IMG/VR virus record: IMGVR_UViG_3300017764_000001
Source: a virus
Lineage: Duplodnaviria; Caudoviricetes
Reading direction: 5' to 3' (one strand)
Length of the DNA stretch: 64,000 nt
The number at the start of each line of letters is the position of its first letter. Positions within the stretch are counted from its first letter, which is position 1. The notes under the pieces are model-generated. The model did not search any database. It was not told the origin of the DNA and saw nothing but the letters and a program-made list of their open reading frames with translations. Positions 36,404 to 47,533 of this stretch are shown piece after piece. The position numbers and the translations under genes were made by a program.

Positions 36404-39400
36404 GTGGCAGCATCACAAGAACAAAAGGTAGATTTTCTATTAAAGAAAATTGGTTACGTCCAATCCAAAACTGGTATTGCAGAGGACGCATCTGGTATTA
36501 GTGGCACTAAAAAGGCACCTACAGAAGAAAATAAACCATCACCACTGGTTGTCCCTAGTACCAGTGTATGGGCAGATAGCACTTTTATTCCCGTTTCTCC
36601 ACCAACATCAAATACAACTTACGTTGGAATTTATACTGCCACAAATGCTTTCCAACTAACACATGATAATACTGTCACTGGAAATAGAACTTTCATAGCC
36701 AGATCTACATTTGGAAATCAGACTGCATCAATCAGTGGAGATTGGATTGATCCATCTTTTGGTGCTGATTATGCTGTTCAGGTATATAAAGGAGATCCAA
36801 ATTCTGGTGGTGTTTCTTTATCACCAACAGGTTCTGGAAACAGTGATGAATGGTTTTTTGATTATTCTTCTGGTATTTTAAATTTCAATGGAACTAACGT
36901 TCCTTCTGGTATTACTACAACTAATGTATATCTAATAGGATATAAGTATCTTGGAGCAAAAGGAGTATTACCACCAGCTGGTCGATCAAATCTTACTACT
37001 CTCAGTGTAAGTGGTCTTTCCACATTTACTGGTAATGTTGATGCTAATGGTGATTTAGATGTTGATGGTCGTACTGAACTTGATATTACTAACATCAGCG
37101 AGACTTTAAATGTTACTGGTATTGCTACGTTTGCCAATAACATTGATGCTAATGGTGACTTAGATGTAGACGGTAGAACCGAACTTGATATCACTAACAT
37201 TAGTGAGACTTTAAATGTTGTCGGCGTAGCAACCTTTGCTAATAATATTGATGTCAATGGTGATCTTGATGTAGACGGTAGAACCGAACTTGATATCACT
37301 AACATTAGTGAAACCTTAAACGTCACTGGTATTGCCACATTTGCCTCTGATATTGACATTAATGCATCTATAGACGTTGATGGTCATACAGAACTTGATG
37401 ATGTAAATGTATCTACAGCACTTACTGCCAATAACTTAGTTGTAACAGGTTCTACATTATTAAAGCACTCCAATTCACTTAAGTTACAAACTACTGGTAT
37501 TGGTGTATCAGTTTCTAATGGAATTGGATTAACCGCAACAATTGCTGGTCCTTCTAATTTAATTATTGATCCAGGTGTTGTCGGTGACAATACAGGAATT
37601 GTTAGAATTAAAGGTGACCTATTTGTTGATGGCACCCAAACACAAATTAATTCGACTACGATTGAATTAGCAGATTTTATTGTTGGTGTTGCCACGACAG
37701 CTACTTCGGATTTACTTTCTGATGGTGCCGGTATTCAGATTGGACCAAATAATACATTTTTATATGAACATAATGGTGGAACGAATCCATCATTAAAGTC
37801 GAGTGAAAATCTTAATGTTGCATCAGGAAAGGTTTATCAAGTTGATCAAACTGAAGTATTGAGTGCGACAACTTTAGGAACAGGTGTTGTCAACTCTTCA
37901 TTAACAAATTTAGGTACACTTACAGCACTAACAGTATCTGGTGCCATCGATGCCAATGGTGATTTAGATGTAGACGGTAGAACGGAATTAGATATTACCA
38001 ACATTAGTGAAACTCTTAATGTAGTTGGAGTATCAACTTTTGCGTCTAATGTAGATCTCAATGCCGATCTTGATGTAGATGGACGCACGGAGTTAGACAC
38101 CACTAACATTAGTGAGACTTTAAATGTTGTCGGCATAGCAACCTTTGCTAATAATATTGATGCCAATGGTGATTTAGATGTTGATGGTCGTACTGAACTT
38201 GACATTACCAACATCAGTGAAACTTTAAATGTTGTCGGCATAGCAACCTTTGCTAATAATATTGATGCCAATGGTGACTTAGATGTTGATGGTCATACCG
38301 AGTTAGATAATGTTAACGTTTCGGCAGCATCAACTTTTGGCGGACTAGTTGATATCAATGCCGGTGCTCAGGTAAACACACTTAAGGTAGAGGACCTCAC
38401 AGACAATCGTATTGTTCTTGCTGGAACAGGTGGTGAGATAGAGGATAGTGCAAACTTAACATTTGATGGAACCACACTCGCACTAACTGGTAATCAAACC
38501 GTTAGTGGTACTATTGACGTAGATGGTCAGGCGATCTTTGATGATATTACCGTATCGGCAGCATCAACTTTTACGGGAAATATTGATGCCAATGGCAACC
38601 TGGATGTTGATGGACAGACCGATTTAGATGTTCTCAATGTCGCAGAACTTGCCACGTTCTCTGCAAACATTGATGCCAATGGTGACTTAGATGTAGACGG
38701 TAGAACCGAACTCGATATTACCAATATTAGTGATACTTTAAATGTCGTTGGTGTTGCCACATTCGCAAATAACATCGATGCCAATGGTGATTTAGATGTA
38801 GATGGCAGAACCGAACTTGATATCACTAACATTTCTGAAACCTTAAACGTCACTGGTATCGCTACGTTTGCTAATAACATCGATGCCAATGGTGACTTAG
38901 ATGTAGATGGCACAACTGAATTAGATGTTCTTAATGTTGCCGAAACCGCTACGTTTTCCAGTAACATTGATGCCAATGGTGACTTAGATGTAGACGGTAG
39001 AACAGAATTAGACATCACTAACATCAGTGAGACTTTAAACGTCACTGGTATCACTACATTTGAAAACAACGTAAATGTTGGTGGAGCATTATCCGTAACT
39101 GGTAATTCATATTTTGTAGGAGTAGTTACATTTGCTGCTGGAACAGATGGAAATATTGTTCTTGGTGATGCCGCAACTGATAATGTTGTATTCAATGCTG
39201 ATGTTAATTCAAATATTATTCCGAATACAAATAATGCATATGATTTAGGTTCTTCTAGTCAAGAATGGAAAGATCTTTATCTTAATGGTATTGCATATAT
39301 CGATACCCTTCAAGTACATGAGGGATCAACATTTACTGGTAATATTGATGCCAACGGTGATCTTGATGTAGATGGTCGTACTGAACTTGATATTACCAAC

Positions 39401-42400
39401 ATCAGTGAAACTTTAAATGTTGTCGGTGTTTCTACATTTGCTGCAAATGCTGATTTTAACGGTAGCATTGATGTAGATGGTCATACTGAACTTGATGATG
39501 TAAATGTCTCCGGTGCATCAACATTTGCTGGTAACATCGATGTTAATGGTGATCTTGATGTAGATGGTCACACTGAACTTGATCACGTCAACGTATCTGC
39601 TGCATCAACTTTTGCTGGACTGGTTGATATCAATGCAGGTGCTCAGGCAAATACATTTAAGGTTGAAGATTTAACTTCTGGACGTGTTGTTCTTGCCGGA
39701 ACTGGTGGTGAGTTAGAAGATAGTGGAAATCTAACTTTCAATGGAACTCTTCTTGCATTAACCGGTAATCAAACCGTTAGTGGTACTATTGACGTAGATG
39801 GTCAGGCGATCTTTGATGATATTACCGTATCGGCAGCATCAACATTTACTGGTTCCATAGATGCCAATGGTGATCTTGATGTTGATGGACGCACTGAGTT
39901 AGACATTACTAATATTTCTGAAACTTTAAATGTTGTTGGTATTGCAACCTTTGCAAATAACATTGATGCCAATGGTGATCTAGATGTAGATGGTCATACT
40001 GAATTAGATAATCTTAATGTTTCTGGTGTTTCTACTTTTACTAATAATATCGATGCTGGAGGTAACCTAGATGTTGATGGGCAGACTGATTTAGATGTCC
40101 TTAATGTCACAGATACCGCAACATTTACCGGACTTGTTGATATTGATGCCGGTGGTCAGGCAAATACTTTTAAAGTAGAAGATCTTACAGATAATCGTGT
40201 CGTTATTGCCGGGACTGGTGGTGAACTTGAAGATGATGCTAATTTCACTTTTGATGGAACTAGATTAGCACTTGGTGTTGGACTAACTGTTACTGGTGTA
40301 TCCACATTTGCCGGTAATATTGATGCCAATGGTGACTTAGATGTTGATGGTCACACCGAACTTGATAATGCAAATGTTGCCGGATTCTCTACCTTTGCTC
40401 AATTAGTTGATGTCAATGCGAACTTAACCATCAGTCAAGACTTGACTGTTGAGGGTTCTGTCGGTATTGCCAGTTTAATACCATCCGCAAAATTAGATGT
40501 TGTTGGGCTTACAAAACTTGATGACGTAAATGTCTCTGGTGCATCAACATTTACTGGTAATATTGATGCTAACGGCAACCTAGATGTTGATGGACAAACC
40601 GATTTAGATACTCTTAATGTTTCAGAAACTGCCACGTTCTCCAGTAACATTGATGCCAATGGTGACTTAGATGTAGACGGTAGAACTGAACTTGACATCA
40701 CAAATATTAGTGAAACTTTAAACGTTGTTGGTATTACTACGTTCGCATCTAATGTAGATCTTAATGCTGATCTGGATATTTCTGGTGACCTAGATGTTGA
40801 TGGTCATACCGAACTTGATAATGTTAATATTTCTGGAGTTGTTACTGCGACTGCTTTCCATACTGGGGCAGAAGGGTCTGCAATCAGAGTCACTTCTAAT
40901 ACCATCAGTGGACCTGCAGAAATTGTCATAGATCCCGCTGCAGTCGGTGATAACACTGGTGCCTTAAGAATTAAAGGTGACCTTTTTGTTGATGGCACCC
41001 AAACACAAATTAATTCAACAACAATTGAATTGGCAGACTTTATAGTCGGCATTGCCACCACTGCCACTAGTGATGTTCTTGCCGATGGTGCCGGTATTCA
41101 GATTGGACCAAACAATACTTTATTATATGATCATACAAATACCTCACTCAAATCAAGTGAGAATCTAAATCTCGCCTCTGGTAAGACATACAAGATTAAT
41201 GGAACTGATGTTCTTTCTGCCACCACTCTTGGTTCTGCCGTAGTTAATTCTTCATTGACAAATCTGGGCACACTTACTGCACTGACAGTATCTGGTGCCA
41301 TTAATGCCAATGGTGACTTAGATGTAGATGGTCATACAGAATTAGATAACTTAAAAGTAACGGGTGTTTCTACATTCTCTGGAAATTTAAATCTGTCCGG
41401 AAATATTGCTTCAAATGTAACTATTGTTTCTACTGATGCTGGAAGTTCTGCAGCACCAGAATTTAAACTTTATCGTAACAGTGAATCTCCTGCTGATGCA
41501 GATTATCTTGGACAGATTAAGTTTGCCGGAGAAAATGATAACGATGAAGAAATTAATTATGCAAAGATTACCGGTAAGATTTTAGATGCTAGTGATGGAA
41601 CTGAGGATGGTATTATTGAGTTCGCACATATCAAGGCTGGCACACAAACAATTACTGGTAGATGGAGAAGTGATTCACTTCAACTTTTAAATAGCACAAA
41701 TTTAAGTGTAAATGGAAACTTAGATGTTGATGGACATACTGATCTTGATCATGTCATTGTATCTTTAGCATCGACATTTAGTGATAGAGTTATTTTTGAC
41801 AGCACGAATTCAATTCAGATTCCTGTCGGAACAGAGGCACAAAAAGATGCTGTAGGAACGGCAGTCACTGGACAGATTAGATTCAATACTACTAATGCAC
41901 AGTTTGAGGGATTTGGTGTTGGAAATAATTGGGGTTCTCTTGGTGGTGTCAAGGACGTAGATGGTGATACTTTCATCACTGCCGAAGCAAGTGCAGGAAA
42001 TGATAATGATGTTTTATCATTCCATACTGCAGGATCTATCAGAGTCGCAATAAGTTCTACTGGACAGGTTGGAATTGGTTCTACAATACCTGCAGCAACC
42101 CTTGATGTCTTGGGTGATACAAAACTGACTGGAATTCTTACCGTCACTAATGGTATTGATGGAATTGGTATTCAATCTGAGGGAGCATCTATCACCACTG
42201 GTATTGTAACAACACTCAATTTTGTTGGATCTGCAATATCTGCTATTACTGATACGAGTGGATTAGTTAAGATAGATTTGAAGGCTGGAACTTTCACAAG
42301 AAGCACCACTTCATTTACGGCAACTGCTGGTCAAACATCATTTAGTTTAACTTATACACCAAATTTCATTGATGTTTATCACAATGGTGTAAGATTAACT

Positions 42401-43756
42401 GCCTCGGAATTTACTGCCACAAATGGATCTGCAGTTGTATTATCTGAAGGTGCATTTGTAGGAGATACGATTGATATTGTTGTATTCCAAAACTCTGGAT
42501 TATTTGATCCTGGTAGATGGTCTCTTGTAGATACTACAAATGAGTCTGGTGATATCTTCAAAGATACAAATGTTGGTATCGGCACTGCAATACCGACTGA
42601 TGCGGCAAGTTCAAGTAATACTAAAATTTTAAATGTAGGTGTTGTTACGGCAAATACATTATATGGTAATCTTATAGGTAATGTCACTGGTGGACTCACT
42701 GGAAATGCAACTGGATTGACAGGGACACCAGATATTACTGTCGGAACATTAAATGCGACCACAGTATCTGTTGCTGGCACAATTACTTATGATGATGTGA
42801 GTAACGTTGATTCTGTTGGATTAGTTACGGCACGAACCGGTGTAAGAGTAACAGAAGGTGGACTTATTGTCACTGCCGGTGTTTCTACATTTGCTGCCAA
42901 TATTGATGCCAATGGTGACTTAGATGTTGATGGACATACTGATTTAGATAACTTAATTGTTGCTGGTGTCTCCACATTCTCTTCTGCTTTAGACATAAAT
43001 GCTACCACCAATATTAGTGGTGATTTGACAATAGCAGATAAGATAGTTCATGATGGTGATAGTAATACTGCGATTAGATTCCCTGCTTCTGATACAATTA
43101 CAGCGGAGACTAGTGGTTCTGAAAGACTTCGTATTTTCTCTGGTGGACAGGTTGCAATTACAACGGCAACTAATTATGCTCATGCCAATGCAGATAATCT
43201 CATAGTAGGTGATATAAGTGATAATGATCAGGGTATAACAATCGGATCAGTAAATCAAGGACAAATTGCATTTGCTGATTCGGGTGATAACCGTGCAGGT
43301 TTGATTCATTATCAGCATACAGATAACAGTATGCGACTCTATACTAATGGAGTTAGTAATGAAAGAGTTCGTATAACTTCTGCCGGTGATATTGGTATCG
43401 GAACCGGAGTTCCTGCTGCAAGAGTGGATCTTGAGGGTACTCTTGGTCTTGAGGTAACGACTACTACAATTTCTAGTGTATCAGTAACAACCATCGATAC
43501 ATTACCGATAGCAACTTATAGATCTGCAAAATTCCAAATTCAAGTGACACAAGGAACAAGTTATCAAACTGCAGACTTATTGGTCATTCATGATGGGTCA
43601 ATTGCGAGTTCTATTGAATATGCCTCTCTTTCTACTTCAGAAGAACTGGCAGTATTCACGACAACGATAAGTGGATCAAACCTCCTATTACAAGCTACAA
43701 TGAGTAGTGCATCATCTGCAACTGTGAAGGTTGTGAGATATGGAGTAACCATATGA
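36404..43756 (+). CDS. 2450-aa repeat-rich tail fibre-like protein
   Basis: GTG start with AGGAGAGG upstream; about 28 (L/I)DVDG-containing 29/35-aa repeats; GIGT motifs. Confidence 0.85.
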   Translation: MAASQEQKVDFLLKKIGYVQSKTGIAEDASGISGTKKAPTEENKPSPLVVPSTSVWADSTFIPVSPPTSNTTYVGIYTATNAFQLTHDNTVTGNRTFIARSTFGNQTASISGDWIDPSFGADYAVQVYKGDPNSGGVSLSPTGSGNSDEWFFDYSSGILNFNGTNVPSGITTTNVYLIGYKYLGAKGVLPPAGRSNLTTLSVSGLSTFTGNVDANGDLDVDGRTELDITNISETLNVTGIATFANNIDANGDLDVDGRTELDITNISETLNVVGVATFANNIDVNGDLDVDGRTELDITNISETLNVTGIATFASDIDINASIDVDGHTELDDVNVSTALTANNLVVTGSTLLKHSNSLKLQTTGIGVSVSNGIGLTATIAGPSNLIIDPGVVGDNTGIVRIKGDLFVDGTQTQINSTTIELADFIVGVATTATSDLLSDGAGIQIGPNNTFLYEHNGGTNPSLKSSENLNVASGKVYQVDQTEVLSATTLGTGVVNSSLTNLGTLTALTVSGAIDANGDLDVDGRTELDITNISETLNVVGVSTFASNVDLNADLDVDGRTELDTTNISETLNVVGIATFANNIDANGDLDVDGRTELDITNISETLNVVGIATFANNIDANGDLDVDGHTELDNVNVSAASTFGGLVDINAGAQVNTLKVEDLTDNRIVLAGTGGEIEDSANLTFDGTTLALTGNQTVSGTIDVDGQAIFDDITVSAASTFTGNIDANGNLDVDGQTDLDVLNVAELATFSANIDANGDLDVDGRTELDITNISDTLNVVGVATFANNIDANGDLDVDGRTELDITNISETLNVTGIATFANNIDANGDLDVDGTTELDVLNVAETATFSSNIDANGDLDVDGRTELDITNISETLNVTGITTFENNVNVGGALSVTGNSYFVGVVTFAAGTDGNIVLGDAATDNVVFNADVNSNIIPNTNNAYDLGSSSQEWKDLYLNGIAYIDTLQVHEGSTFTGNIDANGDLDVDGRTELDITNISETLNVVGVSTFAANADFNGSIDVDGHTELDDVNVSGASTFAGNIDVNGDLDVDGHTELDHVNVSAASTFAGLVDINAGAQANTFKVEDLTSGRVVLAGTGGELEDSGNLTFNGTLLALTGNQTVSGTIDVDGQAIFDDITVSAASTFTGSIDANGDLDVDGRTELDITNISETLNVVGIATFANNIDANGDLDVDGHTELDNLNVSGVSTFTNNIDAGGNLDVDGQTDLDVLNVTDTATFTGLVDIDAGGQANTFKVEDLTDNRVVIAGTGGELEDDANFTFDGTRLALGVGLTVTGVSTFAGNIDANGDLDVDGHTELDNANVAGFSTFAQLVDVNANLTISQDLTVEGSVGIASLIPSAKLDVVGLTKLDDVNVSGASTFTGNIDANGNLDVDGQTDLDTLNVSETATFSSNIDANGDLDVDGRTELDITNISETLNVVGITTFASNVDLNADLDISGDLDVDGHTELDNVNISGVVTATAFHTGAEGSAIRVTSNTISGPAEIVIDPAAVGDNTGALRIKGDLFVDGTQTQINSTTIELADFIVGIATTATSDVLADGAGIQIGPNNTLLYDHTNTSLKSSENLNLASGKTYKINGTDVLSATTLGSAVVNSSLTNLGTLTALTVSGAINANGDLDVDGHTELDNLKVTGVSTFSGNLNLSGNIASNVTIVSTDAGSSAAPEFKLYRNSESPADADYLGQIKFAGENDNDEEINYAKITGKILDASDGTEDGIIEFAHIKAGTQTITGRWRSDSLQLLNSTNLSVNGNLDVDGHTDLDHVIVSLASTFSDRVIFDSTNSIQIPVGTEAQKDAVGTAVTGQIRFNTTNAQFEGFGVGNNWGSLGGVKDVDGDTFITAEASAGNDNDVLSFHTAGSIRVAISSTGQVGIGSTIPAATLDVLGDTKLTGILTVTNGIDGIGIQSEGASITTGIVTTLNFVGSAISAITDTSGLVKIDLKAGTFTRSTTSFTATAGQTSFSLTYTPNFIDVYHNGVRLTASEFTATNGSAVVLSEGAFVGDTIDIVVFQNSGLFDPGRWSLVDTTNESGDIFKDTNVGIGTAIPTDAASSSNTKILNVGVVTANTLYGNLIGNVTGGLTGNATGLTGTPDITVGTLNATTVSVAGTITYDDVSNVDSVGLVTARTGVRVTEGGLIVTAGVSTFAANIDANGDLDVDGHTDLDNLIVAGVSTFSSALDINATTNISGDLTIADKIVHDGDSNTAIRFPASDTITAETSGSERLRIFSGGQVAITTATNYAHANADNLIVGDISDNDQGITIGSVNQGQIAFADSGDNRAGLIHYQHTDNSMRLYTNGVSNERVRITSAGDIGIGTGVPAARVDLEGTLGLEVTTTTISSVSVTTIDTLPIATYRSAKFQIQVTQGTSYQTADLLVIHDGSIASSIEYASLSTSEELAVFTTTISGSNLLLQATMSSASSATVKVVRYGVTI
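37030..42970 (+). repeat. Degenerate 105-nt and 87-nt coding tandem repeats
   Basis: DANGDLDVDGRTELDITNISETLNVxGxxTFxNNI (35 aa) and DANGDLDVDG(H/Q/T)TxLDxxNVSxxxTFxxNI (29 aa). Confidence 0.9.
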
Positions 43757-43791
43757 TAATCCAAATAAATATACCGGGAGGCATTTCATAA

Positions 43792-46700
43792 ATGGCTAAT
43801 ACTAGAGAACTTGCACAGTTTGCATCATTTGTAGATTTCACTGGAACTTCAATTGGATTTTCTACACAATTTAATGTTAGTGGTGTATCCACATTTACTA
43901 ATACTGTAATTTTTGACAGCACGGGTTCTATCCAGATTCCAAAAGGAAACACCAGCCAAAGACTGCCTGGTGTTTTGGGTCAGATTAGATATAATACTCA
44001 GTTATCTACATTTGAGGGTTATGGTGCAGGCAATGCATGGGGTTCTCTTGGTGGTGTCAAGGACGTAGATGCAGATACTCTCATCAGAGCAGAATCTTCT
44101 GCAGGAGCAGATGAAGATAAGTTAGAATTTATAACTAATGATGGAGTTAGAGTTGCAATAGATTCGACAGGACAGGTGGGTATTGGTTCGACAATACCAA
44201 CTGTAACCTTAGATGTTGTTGGTAATGGAAAGGTATCAGGAGTTCTTACTGCAACCACGTTCTCTGGTTCTGGTGCATCATTAACATCTATTCCAAATTC
44301 ATCTCTTTCCAATTCTAGTATTGCTATTGGTGGCATTACATTCAACTTAGGAGATACCGATGCCACACCGGCATTTGATTTACAAGATGCGACAGGATAT
44401 CCATTCACAAGTCTCACAGGAATTACGACAGATATTGCCGGAGATACCACACCTACACTTGGTGGTAACTTAGATGCTAATTCTAAGGATATAACAGGAG
44501 TCAATAATTTAAATGTATCTGGTGTTTCTACATTCCAAAGTCATATTCACCTTGGAAATGATGATGAATTAAGACTTGGTGCGGCAACTGGTGGAGATAT
44601 GGTTATTGTTCATGATGGAGATCATGGCACAATTGACAATAATGATGGTAATTTAAATATTAAGAGTGAAGGTAATATTGCACTTAATCCCAACAATACA
44701 AATGATGGTTTAAACGTTATAAATCAAGGTGCGGTAGAACTTTTTCACAATAACGCCAAGAGATTAGAAACCACTACTACCGGTGTTAAAATTTTAAATG
44801 GGACAACCGCAACGATTGCCGGTCCTGATGAAATTATTATTGATCCAGCAACTGTTGGTGATAACACCGGTACTGTAAGAATTAAAGGTGACTTATTCGT
44901 TGATGGAACCACGACACAAATAAACTCCACGGCACTTGAGATCTCAGATTTTATAGTTGGCATTGCCACCACCGCAACGACAGATGCTTTGGCAGATGGT
45001 GCCGGTATTCAGATTGGACCGAGTGGAAATACTTTCTTATATGATAATACTAATGAAGCTTTCACATCTACTGAAAATTTAAATGTCGCATCTGGACATA
45101 CCTACAAAATTGCCGGAACTGATGTTCTTTCTGCCACCACTCTTGGTTCTGCTGTAGTTAATTCTTCACTGACAAGTGTAGGAACACTTTCTGCACTAAC
45201 AGTATCTGGTGATGTGAGCATTGCTGATAAAATAGTTCATACTGGGGATACTGATACTGCTATTCGTTTTCCTGCTGCTGATACATTTTCGGTAGATACT
45301 GCTGGTAATGAAGCATTTCGTGTAGATTCTGATGGTAATTTAACTTTAGGAACCGCTGATGAAGCAACTAATTCTAAACTAACAGTTAGAGCAGCAAGTC
45401 CACATTTAAGTTTGTATGCAACACCGGGAAGCAATACTTCTCAGTTGAATTTGGGGGATACAGACGATCATGACATCGGAAATATTAGTTATGATCATAG
45501 TGATAACTCTATGCGTTTTACGACAAATACAACAGAAAAACTTCGTATAACTTCTGCTGGTTCGGTTGGTATCGGAACTAATAATCCAACTTCTATATTT
45601 GATGTTGAAACTGGAACTGGATCTGGTATTAACTTTGGTAGTGATGGTGCTAATGCCCCTACCCTTAATTTCATGGCTGGATCTGCCAGACTTGAATCTG
45701 CAGCTCAAATATTAGTTGGCGAAAATAGTGGTGGTGGTGATTTTATTATTAAAACAAAAAATAGTAGTGGATCATTAACATCACGAGTCACCGTTAATAA
45801 TGCTGGTAAATTAACAGTAACACCAGCAGATACAACTTCTAGTTATGAAACTACTGACGGTGGTATTGATATTGCTCAGACTATAAGTTCAACAGGAACA
45901 AGTTCTAGTCAAAGTATTGGAATTCAATTTAGTTTAACTAAATCGGGTCAAACTGGAGCTATAGCAGAAATTGGTGCAATAAGAGAAGGTAGTGGATTAA
46001 GTGGATTAGTTTTTAGGACAAGAGATAATTCCACAGGTAGAAATGAAAGACTTCGTATAACTTCTGATGGTAAAGTTGGAATCGGAACTGATAATCCAAA
46101 TGGAACTTTAACTGTATATGGTGCATCATCCTCTAGTTTTAGAATATCAAAGTCCGGTGTTCTTGCCTATGATCATACATTTAATGGCACTTCATATACA
46201 ATTGCAAATAATAACGGTAGTGCAGGAATTCCAATTATTATTGGGACCAAAACTGCTGGTGAAGAATCAGTTCGTATAACTTCTGATGGTAAAGTTGGAA
46301 TCGGAACTGATAATCCAGCAACGACTCTGGATGTCCAAGGTGATATGGCAGTTGCATATAGTGCAACTCATGCACTTCGTTTTTATAATCAACCAAAAAG
46401 TAACTGGTCATCTATAAGTAATACTGATACAGGTAGTAATGCGAATTTATCACTTAAATCCTCACAAGGTGAGGCAATGTTTATTACTTATGATAGAAAG
46501 ATCGGTATAGGAACTGATAATCCATCAAGAATACTACACATAAATTCTGGAGCAACAGATACTGCTATGCTCATAGAGGGCACAGATGGTGATGTTCAAA
46601 TTAATTTAAAGGATGTAGATTCCAGTGATGGCATATCAATAGGTTGTGATCAAGATGATTTTTATGTTCGCACAGGATTAACTACAGAAAGACTTCGTAT

Positions 46701-47499
46701 AAATTCTACTGGTATATTACTGAAATCAGGTCAAGCAACACTTACCTCAACATCATTATCTCACCCAATACAAGTTGCTGCTGCATCTGATTCAAATGCT
46801 ATTGCAATTATTGGTAAGGCAGCAGATGATATTGGTGAATTATCTTTCTATGAAGCAGATAAGAGCACTAAATTAGGAGAACTGCAATATCGTCAAGATC
46901 ATCTTAACCTTAGACATCGTGTTGGTTATATTAGTTTTGCCACTGGTGGAACAACAGAAAAATTTCAAATAACTTCTGGTGGACAACTACAAGCAACTGG
47001 TGCTGCTGATGTTCGGTTGACTTTAGGTTCTAGTGGAACTGCCGGAACAAATGATAGTGTTCATATAAGAGCAGATAGTGCAAATTTAAAATTCATGGCT
47101 GCTAATGGTGGAAACACCATATTTGAAACAAATGGAACAGAGACACTTCGTATAGATTCAAGTGGTAATTTACAAAGACCAAAGAGTTTGTCACAAGAAG
47201 TCAGTACTTCTGTATCTTCAGTATCTGCGACATCATGTGGATCATTTGCCAAGGCAACCTATAGATCTGCATATGTTATTGCCCAAATTACACAAGGATC
47301 CTCATATCAGGTTGGTCGTTATCTTGTCATTCATGACGGAACAACTGCCACGACCGTTGAAGAATCCGCAATTGCAACCGGAGATATGTTAGGAACATTT
47401 GAAGGTGTAATCAGTGGTTCCAATGTTGAGTTTAGAGTTACGATGAGTAGTGCATCATCCGCCACGGTGATTACTAAGATTGAATCAATCGTCGTTTGA
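43792..47499 (+). CDS. 1235-aa tail fibre-like protein
   Basis: Repeated ERLRITSxGxVGIGTxNP modules; shares modules and the C-terminal domain with 36404..43756; ATAAATA at 43765. Confidence 0.85.
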   Translation: MANTRELAQFASFVDFTGTSIGFSTQFNVSGVSTFTNTVIFDSTGSIQIPKGNTSQRLPGVLGQIRYNTQLSTFEGYGAGNAWGSLGGVKDVDADTLIRAESSAGADEDKLEFITNDGVRVAIDSTGQVGIGSTIPTVTLDVVGNGKVSGVLTATTFSGSGASLTSIPNSSLSNSSIAIGGITFNLGDTDATPAFDLQDATGYPFTSLTGITTDIAGDTTPTLGGNLDANSKDITGVNNLNVSGVSTFQSHIHLGNDDELRLGAATGGDMVIVHDGDHGTIDNNDGNLNIKSEGNIALNPNNTNDGLNVINQGAVELFHNNAKRLETTTTGVKILNGTTATIAGPDEIIIDPATVGDNTGTVRIKGDLFVDGTTTQINSTALEISDFIVGIATTATTDALADGAGIQIGPSGNTFLYDNTNEAFTSTENLNVASGHTYKIAGTDVLSATTLGSAVVNSSLTSVGTLSALTVSGDVSIADKIVHTGDTDTAIRFPAADTFSVDTAGNEAFRVDSDGNLTLGTADEATNSKLTVRAASPHLSLYATPGSNTSQLNLGDTDDHDIGNISYDHSDNSMRFTTNTTEKLRITSAGSVGIGTNNPTSIFDVETGTGSGINFGSDGANAPTLNFMAGSARLESAAQILVGENSGGGDFIIKTKNSSGSLTSRVTVNNAGKLTVTPADTTSSYETTDGGIDIAQTISSTGTSSSQSIGIQFSLTKSGQTGAIAEIGAIREGSGLSGLVFRTRDNSTGRNERLRITSDGKVGIGTDNPNGTLTVYGASSSSFRISKSGVLAYDHTFNGTSYTIANNNGSAGIPIIIGTKTAGEESVRITSDGKVGIGTDNPATTLDVQGDMAVAYSATHALRFYNQPKSNWSSISNTDTGSNANLSLKSSQGEAMFITYDRKIGIGTDNPSRILHINSGATDTAMLIEGTDGDVQINLKDVDSSDGISIGCDQDDFYVRTGLTTERLRINSTGILLKSGQATLTSTSLSHPIQVAAASDSNAIAIIGKAADDIGELSFYEADKSTKLGELQYRQDHLNLRHRVGYISFATGGTTEKFQITSGGQLQATGAADVRLTLGSSGTAGTNDSVHIRADSANLKFMAANGGNTIFETNGTETLRIDSSGNLQRPKSLSQEVSTSVSSVSATSCGSFAKATYRSAYVIAQITQGSSYQVGRYLVIHDGTTATTVEESAIATGDMLGTFEGVISGSNVEFRVTMSSASSATVITKIESIVV

Positions 47500-47533
47500 T
47501 AATCTAAATACTATGAAGGAGGAACTAGTATAA

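Noticed and set aside
37030-42970. CRISPR-like array
   Set aside because: The repeats are in-frame, degenerate at third codon positions and have no unique spacers; they are protein repeats.
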